Source: a virus (Duplodnaviria > Caudoviricetes). Taken from it: a stretch of DNA of 31,012 nt. The notes beneath the pieces were generated by a model. It was not told the DNA's origin, ran no database searches, and worked only from the letters and a program-made list of their open reading frames with translations. This document shows positions 25,067 through 31,012 of this stretch, in pieces (the first letter of the stretch is position 1; each line of letters starts with the position of its first letter). The position numbers and the translations under genes are program-made. The stretch lies in the IMG/VR virus record IMGVR_UViG_3300037465_000112, positions 1 to 31,012 of that record, one strand, 5' to 3'.

Positions 25067-25915
25067 TTAAGACAGGGCGTTAAAGTCTAGCCCGTCTCTA
25101 AAGGACTCCATCTCGAATGTTATTCTGGAGCGCCATCTATTGAGATCACTCCAGTCTTGTCTTCCGGTAATGTGTTCAACCTTTACATTTCGGAAGTAGA
25201 AAATCGCATCATCATTGTTATCGAGTTGTAGTAGGGTACCACTCCAAGTGGGATTGTAGGTGCCATCATAAGCCAACGGCTCTCCGTCCCGAAAATCAAA
25301 AACTGGGATGTGACGGTTGTAAATAGCATCATGTAGAAACTCAGTTAAGTCATCTCGTTCGGCACTGGATGTGGCAAAGACATCTATTGTACACATCCGT
25401 ACAGACTTACGTCCCCCTCCAAGCTGGAAGGGGCGTTTGTCATAGCCCTTCATTTCAACAGCCACAATGGGCGGTTCCGGTGGTTCAGTTCCCGGCCAAC
25501 CATCCACCACCGACACATAGTATTGGTAGAAATCCACGGTAGTAGGTGTGCCTTGGATCGTGGTAGTAGCTCCGCCCGGTAAAGCAATAGTACCATCCAG
25601 ATAGTTGATCGTATACAAAGAAGAGGAGATCGTCGCCCCTACTTCATTCTTCACAGTTACCCTAGTAGACTGTTCCGCTGCGGGAATGTCTGATACAACG
25701 CAGGTGCCGCTTCCAGCAGGATCAAAGAAAACCCACCCACGCCCCTCATCAAGAAAGCTAGGAAGCCACTGTACCTCAGCTTCGTAAACGGCCTTCTCGG
25801 GATTGAAGGTAAGAGAGGCATTGACTACCTTCTCTACCCACTTCATAGGAATGACTACATCCTTAATCCAATGCTGGAGAGACATATCTTCACATCGCGC
25901 TAATGTGATGGTCAT
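25067..25915 (-). CDS. Tail terminator / tail completion protein
   Basis: 282 aa. PPIVAVE...PFQLGGG...CTIDVFATSSAERDDLTEFL is typical of SPP1 gp17/lambda gpU-like proteins. Lies just before the tube gene. Confidence 0.7.
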   Translation of the reverse strand: MTITLARCEDMSLQHWIKDVVIPMKWVEKVVNASLTFNPEKAVYEAEVQWLPSFLDEGRGWVFFDPAGSGTCVVSDIPAAEQSTRVTVKNEVGATISSSLYTINYLDGTIALPGGATTTIQGTPTTVDFYQYYVSVVDGWPGTEPPEPPIVAVEMKGYDKRPFQLGGGRKSVRMCTIDVFATSSAERDDLTEFLHDAIYNRHIPVFDFRDGEPLAYDGTYNPTWSGTLLQLDNNDDAIFYFRNVKVEHITGRQDWSDLNRWRSRITFEMESFRDGLDFNALS

Positions 25916-26577
25916 TATAGTCGCCTCCCCTGGATTGCGGCATCGATGGCCTTTTGTACAAAAGGACGAAGCTTGAACTCCCTCAGGGCTTCCGCAAAAA
26001 TGTCGACGGGCGAATAGCCCGAAAAGGGGTGCCTTACCTCTGAAAACGGAATGACCTTATCCCATCCCTGCTCCTCGTACTCACTTTTGCTCACCATGAA
26101 GCCTTGCTCAAATCGACCCCACCCCACTTGATACGGACGTTTGGTAATCCTGGTGAATTGTTCGGGAGTAATGAATGCCCAGTCCCCAATAAGACCTTCT
26201 AGATAGAATACCAACCAATGCAAAGGCTGTACGTCGTCCGGATCTATTTCGCCGGAATCGGTGTAACCTAAGAACTCCTTCTCACCCAATCTCACAGAAA
26301 TTCTGTTACCTGTTACGATGAATGTTTGTTCAAGCTCGGTCTGCAGCTTTGTCAGAAACTCTACGCGCCAATTAGCAGGGTTGGTAGGGTCTTCTGGACG
26401 TAGTTCTGCCCTTTCTGACAAACCATCGTACCCCAGCATGATCTTATCGATAAGAAAAGGAATGGCCTCATGTTTGATTACTGATGCAACATTGTGCTGA
26501 ATGAGAGCCTGCTTCTTCTGAAGAATAGCTTTCAACTTTGGGATGTCCACCTTTACCTTCATCTTAAACCCGGACAT
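25915..26577 (-). CDS. Putative neck / tail completion protein
   Basis: 220 aa between the head closure and terminator genes with TAATG coupling. C-terminal LRPFVQKAI recalls HK97 gp10-like proteins. Confidence 0.45.
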   Translation of the reverse strand: MSGFKMKVKVDIPKLKAILQKKQALIQHNVASVIKHEAIPFLIDKIMLGYDGLSERAELRPEDPTNPANWRVEFLTKLQTELEQTFIVTGNRISVRLGEKEFLGYTDSGEIDPDDVQPLHWLVFYLEGLIGDWAFITPEQFTRITKRPYQVGWGRFEQGFMVSKSEYEEQGWDKVIPFSEVRHPFSGYSPVDIFAEALREFKLRPFVQKAIDAAIQGRRL

Positions 26578-27257
26578 TATCTACCTCGGAGTCGACCAGT
26601 CAGGGTCGTAGAGTCCGTAGTGCCCTTTATCTTGCGACGGGCTTCCGCTTCGCGTCGAAGCTTGTCGTTGCTACCAAATTTAGCGGTGGAGCGCTGTCCT
26701 GCCTCTACTGTTTGCATGAGCACCTCACAGACTGCTTCCTCGCCGCCTAAACCGCGCACAAAAGGGGGTTGGTACTTTTCTACCTTAACGCCGTTGTGAA
26801 GCAGAAAAACCTCATTGTTCAGCAGCAGCTCGTAGTTACAAGCCAAAGTCTTCACTGTCATAAAGTTCGTGCCTTCTTTGCCAGCCGGTAGATCCACAAA
26901 CCTACCGCCTCTATCCTTGGCCGAAATGAAGTTAACCATGGCGGGAATACAAATTTCTTTGGCTGTGAAGAGCTGTCCTTCTCCTATACATACGGGGCAA
27001 CGACCTTCGGTAAAAGGAATAGGGGTAAGGGTACGGGACTGGTCCGTGCCAACGAAGATATTCACATTGGCTACAAACGAGGCATCGAATACGTTGGAGG
27101 ACTTCTTGTTGATAGAATCCCAGATGCAGTTAGGGCAATCCACAAACATAGGGCTCTCTTGAACCACGCACAGAGGTTGAGATAAATCCAGCACCAGTTG
27201 ATGAATGAGGCCCTTGAATTCCTTCTTGATGGAGGAAGGTACCAGCTTGCGAGGCAT
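26577..27257 (-). CDS. Putative head closure protein with Zn-finger insertion
   Basis: 226 aa with CPNC and CPVCIGEG; lies directly after the adaptor gene. Confidence 0.5.
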   Translation of the reverse strand: MPRKLVPSSIKKEFKGLIHQLVLDLSQPLCVVQESPMFVDCPNCIWDSINKKSSNVFDASFVANVNIFVGTDQSRTLTPIPFTEGRCPVCIGEGQLFTAKEICIPAMVNFISAKDRGGRFVDLPAGKEGTNFMTVKTLACNYELLLNNEVFLLHNGVKVEKYQPPFVRGLGGEEAVCEVLMQTVEAGQRSTAKFGSNDKLRREAEARRKIKGTTDSTTLTGRLRGR

Positions 27258-28222
27258 TAGTCTAACCTAATCCCTTCCAGATTGTAAGCTGCATTGTAGC
27301 GAGCACACTCAATCATGTCCCGAATCTTTTGCTTGAGGTCCGCCAAATCTTCGGTGCGTGAACGAATGTTCTGGGTATTGTCGTATGAGGTATCTCCATC
27401 CCGGATGGAAACGGCCTTTTCTTGTGACTGACGCAATTCTCCTTCCAAGAGAAGAATGGCAGCCTGCATAATCAACATCTCGGTGGTAATCTGGCTGGCG
27501 TCCAATCCACAAGACACCAAAAGGTTCTTGGCGCGGTCGTAGGCCAAAAGAATCTCTCTATCCGAGAAACGGAAATGCTGGTAGAAAACATCCAATGTAC
27601 CAGTAATACAAGCACCGGTGCCGGTAAAAGTCAAGAAACGATACCCCAAAACTTGAGGATCGCTAATGCTGGTCTTCTCCGTTCCATTCAGGACAACGCG
27701 CTGAGGCCAACCCTTCCACTCGAACAACTCCCAAGTCTTCTTATCCGCTGAAATTTGGCTACCACAAGAATGCTGGGATTGTGGATCAGTGGAGGAATAG
27801 TAGTCTCTTTCTATGACTCCAAAGTCACCAAGGGTAACGCGGATAGACTCTACGATCTCTCGGTCCTGTTCAGAAAGGGCAATCTCGGGCGGATAAGTGG
27901 CCGTAGTGGTAGGAACGGTATACTCGGAAAAGATTCCGGTTTCCTGTCCCACCTCAGAAAAGACACTACTTACCAATGTGCCGCTGTTGTAGAACTGCGC
28001 CTTGTAGTATTTAGCAGGGCTAGTTACTGTATCTAGATAGCTGTAAGAACCAGCGCCAGTTAGAGCAATTGTAGAGATCGTAGAATAAGGACCACTAGCC
28101 GCATCCGCCCGCATAACCAAGAGCTGATTGAATACGGCCCCCACCTCATCAGCATCTCTGACTGTAATGGTGATCAGGCCGTTGATGATCGAGGTTATCT
28201 CGGGCTTCAGGACTGAAGTCAT
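27257..28222 (-). CDS. Head-tail adaptor (connector) with N-terminal FN3-like domain
   Basis: 321 aa. C-terminal FSDREI...LIMQAAILLL...SIRDGDTSYD is adaptor-like. N-terminal VMRADAASGPYSTI...YSYLD...YYKAQFYN is FN3-like. Confidence 0.6.
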   Translation of the reverse strand: MTSVLKPEITSIINGLITITVRDADEVGAVFNQLLVMRADAASGPYSTISTIALTGAGSYSYLDTVTSPAKYYKAQFYNSGTLVSSVFSEVGQETGIFSEYTVPTTTATYPPEIALSEQDREIVESIRVTLGDFGVIERDYYSSTDPQSQHSCGSQISADKKTWELFEWKGWPQRVVLNGTEKTSISDPQVLGYRFLTFTGTGACITGTLDVFYQHFRFSDREILLAYDRAKNLLVSCGLDASQITTEMLIMQAAILLLEGELRQSQEKAVSIRDGDTSYDNTQNIRSRTEDLADLKQKIRDMIECARYNAAYNLEGIRLD

Positions 28223-28237
28223 CTACTGGCTCCCCCT

Positions 28238-28762
28238 TTACGCGGTTTGTTCTAGCTTCTTGAGAATGTGCCTCATGTGCTGTTCTTTTCCAGCAAAGTG
28301 TTTGGTAAGGGTCAAAGCTTTCTTCAGTACCACTCTGTCCTTGGTCTTCTCGATCAACGTCCGGGCATCGTCGTAGGATGCCTCGATAATGGACGCGGGG
28401 GTGATTTCTACGCCCCGGCCTGTGTCATCAGCATCGGCGCGTCGAAGATTTCTACCCGCGCCTTTAGCATCATCCTGCTTCTTGGTGGAGATCTTTTCGT
28501 TTACAACCTTCTTGGCCTTAGGTCCCTTGACTACCGGAGCATCCAACGAAACCCCGCTGTCATCAAAGTAGCCCCAAGTCCCGCGAAGAAGAACTGTCTC
28601 CTTCAAGAACTGCACAAACTCAGACGTCTGATCTTCGGTCAAACCACTCTTCTTACCTACTACTTTGAATGCATCTTCCAGCTTTACCTTTCCACCAGGC
28701 GGAACTTGTCGCTGAAGCACAAAGTAAGCAGCGTTACCTAGATTCTGTGCATATCCCTTCAT
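28238..28762 (-). CDS. Hypothetical protein (head module)
   Basis: 174 aa with a GGGAG SD; two small domains joined by a basic linker. Confidence 0.7.
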   Translation of the reverse strand: MKGYAQNLGNAAYFVLQRQVPPGGKVKLEDAFKVVGKKSGLTEDQTSEFVQFLKETVLLRGTWGYFDDSGVSLDAPVVKGPKAKKVVNEKISTKKQDDAKGAGRNLRRADADDTGRGVEITPASIIEASYDDARTLIEKTKDRVVLKKALTLTKHFAGKEQHMRHILKKLEQTA

Positions 28763-28778
28763 AAAAGCTCCCTTCCTA

Positions 28779-29123
28779 CTACTTGTCGGTATTCACATAC
28801 CGAGTATCGTAATACTTGTCCGTCCACTTGTCGATAACATTGTGTAGGATATTGGACAGACGATGGATCACCAGGGCCATAAGGCCCAGATCCAAAAAAT
28901 TGTTCCCACTTAAAGGATAACTCGTTTGAGTCAAAAACACAACCCCGAAAGACGCCCAAACGGAAAAGCAGTATCCGCAAGTAAACAATTCTTGAAACCA
29001 CTTCCCCAGTAGGAAAAGCTGCTCACGTATGGGCTTGAAAATCTGGGACTTGATAACCAACTCGGTAAGTAGTTCAGTAAGAACTACACAAAGTACTACC
29101 TGAATAAGCAAGTAAGACAACAT
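28779..29123 (-). CDS. Small membrane protein, DUF1360-like
   Basis: 114 aa with 2-3 hydrophobic helices and an LFTCGYCFSVW motif; AGGAG SD. Confidence 0.6.
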   Translation of the reverse strand: MLSYLLIQVVLCVVLTELLTELVIKSQIFKPIREQLFLLGKWFQELFTCGYCFSVWASFGVVFLTQTSYPLSGNNFLDLGLMALVIHRLSNILHNVIDKWTDKYYDTRYVNTDK

Positions 29124-29133
29124 GAAATCTCCT

Positions 29134-29415
29134 TTACTGATAGACTACCGTAAGATCTGCTGTACCGGCTAGGACCACAGTAAGGCCGCCAGTAAGATTC
29201 AGACCATATTCATAAGTTCCAGCATTGTTACAATCTAAGACCGCAATTACCGTTCCCGACGCTGTCCCATTATCGTAAACGGTCAGGGTTGTTACGCCTG
29301 GATCGTTGACAATAATCCTGTGAAGCTTCGCCGGGCCGCTCCTGCTAATAGCCGTAGATGCACCGGTAAGGTGAGCATACCTACTTACGTTCTCGTATAG
29401 ATTTGCGTCAGGCAT
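29134..29415 (-). CDS. Small beta-sandwich virion-associated protein
   Basis: Start re-called to the ATG at 29415, which has an AAGGAG SD. The longer start lies inside a terminator hairpin. 93 aa, MPDANL...LHRIIVN...LTVYDN...LTVVYQ. Confidence 0.65.
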   Translation of the reverse strand: MPDANLYENVSRYAHLTGASTAISRSGPAKLHRIIVNDPGVTTLTVYDNGTASGTVIAVLDCNNAGTYEYGLNLTGGLTVVLAGTADLTVVYQ

Positions 29416-29509
29416 CAGCTGTATCTCCTTATGCCAGACCCTGGTAACGGGGCGGGGAGACCTCGTTTTACCTAGGACAAACCAGGGCCTGGCGTATTGT
29501 GCCCCATAC

Positions 29510-29546
29510 AAAAAACCGATAGGGGTCATTGCGAATCCCTATCGGT
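29510..29546 (-). terminator. Rho-independent terminator downstream of the major capsid gene
   Basis: ACCGATAGGG, 12-nt loop, CCCTATCGGT, followed by TTTTT on the minus strand. Confidence 0.7.
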
Positions 29547-29570
29547 AAATGAGTGACCCCATACACTTGC

Positions 29571-29607
29571 TCCCAAGAGGGAGGGGCCGAAACCCCTCCC
29601 TCAGGGA
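29571..29607 (-). terminator. GC-rich UUCG hairpin just after the capsid stop
   Basis: GAGGGAGGGG-TTTCGG-CCCCTCCCTC (29577-29602), extendable by TCCC/GGGA; poor U-tract. Confidence 0.55.
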
Positions 29608-29618
29608 TTTCAAAGCTA

Positions 29619-30686
29619 TTACGATCGGTCGATGACACCCATCGATACCATTCGGGAATCGAGAAGAGCGAAACCAACTTCCTCCCAACCGAAGAAGCCT
29701 TGCTTCTGCTGTCGTAGAAGAGTCGGATCGTCGTGAGCCTCGTACTCCTTTCGAATAGGCATGACGAGAGAGTCATTAACAGAGAGATCGAAGCCCCAGA
29801 TCTGAGTCTCACCAGCGGTAGTAACGTTACCATTCGCATCAACGGTGTTAACGTTGGTTGGCGTATAGTCGTTGAAATCGCCAGCACCATCGACCTGGAA
29901 GATACCGAACGAAGCACCGTTCTGGTTGATATTGAATCGACCAGTGGCACCAAGCTGGAAGACCTCGTGGAGATTGACGTTCCAAACCGTACCCATACCA
30001 GCAGCCTGGAAAATCTCTCGGCGGGTGATAGGATCGACCTGGGTATCAGTCCACTCGCGAATGTCAGCGGCATCCTCAGGGGAGATGTAGAGATCAGTTA
30101 GGGATCGGCGAACTCGCTTCATACCGACCATCATCAGGTTGATCAATTCCTTGGAAAGGAACTTCTCACCGGTTGCACCGGCAGGAACCTGATAAATCGG
30201 AGCATTGCGGGGGCCTAGAAGGCCCTGACCTGCGAAGTTAGTAGTACCGCCCGGCACGATTACGCGCCAGCCAGACTCTTCCTCGAAGTCTGCAATTGCA
30301 CGAGCAGTATTACGGGCTGCTCTCTCCGGAATATCAATACGGGAATCTCGGGCGTAGGTAACCTTCCAGTCTGCGGATGCAGAGATGGAGAAGGTAGGAA
30401 CGTATACTTCCTCACCAACACCTTCGACGAAGTTCTGTGCGATGTATCCGAGGCCAGGTAGAACGAATACCGGTATCTCGAAGTCGTCAGCAACTGGATA
30501 GACGGCCTGAGCACCAGGGGCGAGTCGCTCAACAGCGAAAAGCTGTCGCATGATGGACGCATCGCGAATCTCCTGGAGAATGGGCACAGTTAGTGCCTGT
30601 GCGAAGGCCTTGTATGCTTCGACACCCTCAGGAGTGTCAAATGCAGCAGTTGCCTTAAAAAGTTCAGCAAGCTTTTGCTTGTCCAT
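29619..30686 (-). CDS. Major capsid protein (HK97 fold)
   Basis: 355 aa with AGGAGG at 30695-30700. PILQEIRDASIMRQLF, VPTFSIS, ARAIADFEE, LYISPE and GFFGWEEVGFALLD follow HK97-type capsid patterns. Followed by terminators. Confidence 0.85.
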   Translation of the reverse strand: MDKQKLAELFKATAAFDTPEGVEAYKAFAQALTVPILQEIRDASIMRQLFAVERLAPGAQAVYPVADDFEIPVFVLPGLGYIAQNFVEGVGEEVYVPTFSISASADWKVTYARDSRIDIPERAARNTARAIADFEEESGWRVIVPGGTTNFAGQGLLGPRNAPIYQVPAGATGEKFLSKELINLMMVGMKRVRRSLTDLYISPEDAADIREWTDTQVDPITRREIFQAAGMGTVWNVNLHEVFQLGATGRFNINQNGASFGIFQVDGAGDFNDYTPTNVNTVDANGNVTTAGETQIWGFDLSVNDSLVMPIRKEYEAHDDPTLLRQQKQGFFGWEEVGFALLDSRMVSMGVIDRS

Positions 30687-30706
30687 GACAATTTCCTCCT
30701 ATAGGG

Positions 30707-31012
30707 TTAGATTAGAAGCTTAATCCGGAGTTTTTCACCTGCTGCCGCTTGAGCGGTAGTCAGGGAGTTTTGAGCAATAGCAACAACCGTCGAATTGACC
30801 TGGCTGGCATGCCCAGAGGGGCATACGCGACCATTAGGTCCAACGGTCAAATTACCACCAGCAGTGTAAGCGCTGGAAACATAGAAAGTGGTGTCATAAA
30901 CACCAAGGTGAGCAACCGCAACAGGATCGCCACTAAAGGCGTCAGAGCTGCCCAGATCGCCTGGGAGTCGGAAACCCGTCGGATGTGCGGAGGACTCTGC
31001 CTTGACGTTCTG
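30707..31012 (-). CDS. Capsid decoration/cement protein (5' end outside window)
   Basis: Not in the ORF track. Open frame QNVKAESS...GDPVAVAHLGVYDTTFY...YTAGGNLTVGPNGRV...KLRIKLLI-stop, immediately upstream of the capsid gene. Confidence 0.6.
   Translation of the reverse strand, partial: QNVKAESSAHPTGFRLPGDLGSSDAFSGDPVAVAHLGVYDTTFYVSSAYTAGGNLTVGPNGRVCPSGHASQVNSTVVAIAQNSLTTAQAAAGEKLRIKLLI

Noticed and set aside
29416-29529. N-terminal extension of the 131-aa ORF
   Set aside because: That ATG lies in the loop of the terminator hairpin, whereas the ATG at 29415 has a proper SD.
33-30101. Numerous plus-strand ORFs, up to 294 aa (e.g. 9235-10119, 15451-16122, 23044-23649)
   Set aside because: They lie wholly antisense to tightly coupled minus-strand genes, are Ser/Ala/Pro-rich as expected for shadows, and lack recognisable motifs.
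15-31012. Stop-codon reassignment (alternative genetic code)
   Set aside because: Genes tile the window densely under the standard code, ending mostly in TAA with two in TAG, and show no fragmentation.
1-31012. CRISPR array, tRNA, rRNA or IS element
   Set aside because: I saw no regularly spaced repeats, cloverleaf-sized free intergenic space with tRNA motifs, or transposase-like ORF.

Overview
The window is one continuous, minus-strand virion morphogenesis operon of a large tailed dsDNA phage or prophage. It looks siphovirus-like: no sheath gene lies between the tail terminator and the tail tube. Transcription order (right to left): partial capsid decoration protein, HK97-type major capsid protein, small head-associated genes, head-tail adaptor, closure, neck and terminator proteins, a two-domain major tail tube protein, a decayed endonuclease VII remnant, two paralogous tail assembly chaperones, a 5062-aa tape measure polyprotein, and a cysteine-rich tail-tip/hub cluster. 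The main result is in the tape measure protein. It carries a complete single-chain two-barrel RNA polymerase active-site motif set (HED, GSK-x7-KG, RYP, NLDFDGD). It also carries an HExxH zincin-like protease motif, a TP901-type tape measure core, membrane/glycine-zipper segments and a GNAT acetyltransferase-like domain. This suggests a tail-stored, injected transcription and host-modification polyprotein. All assignments come from reading motifs and synteny by eye; no database search was run. Nearly all plus-strand ORFs are antisense shadows.
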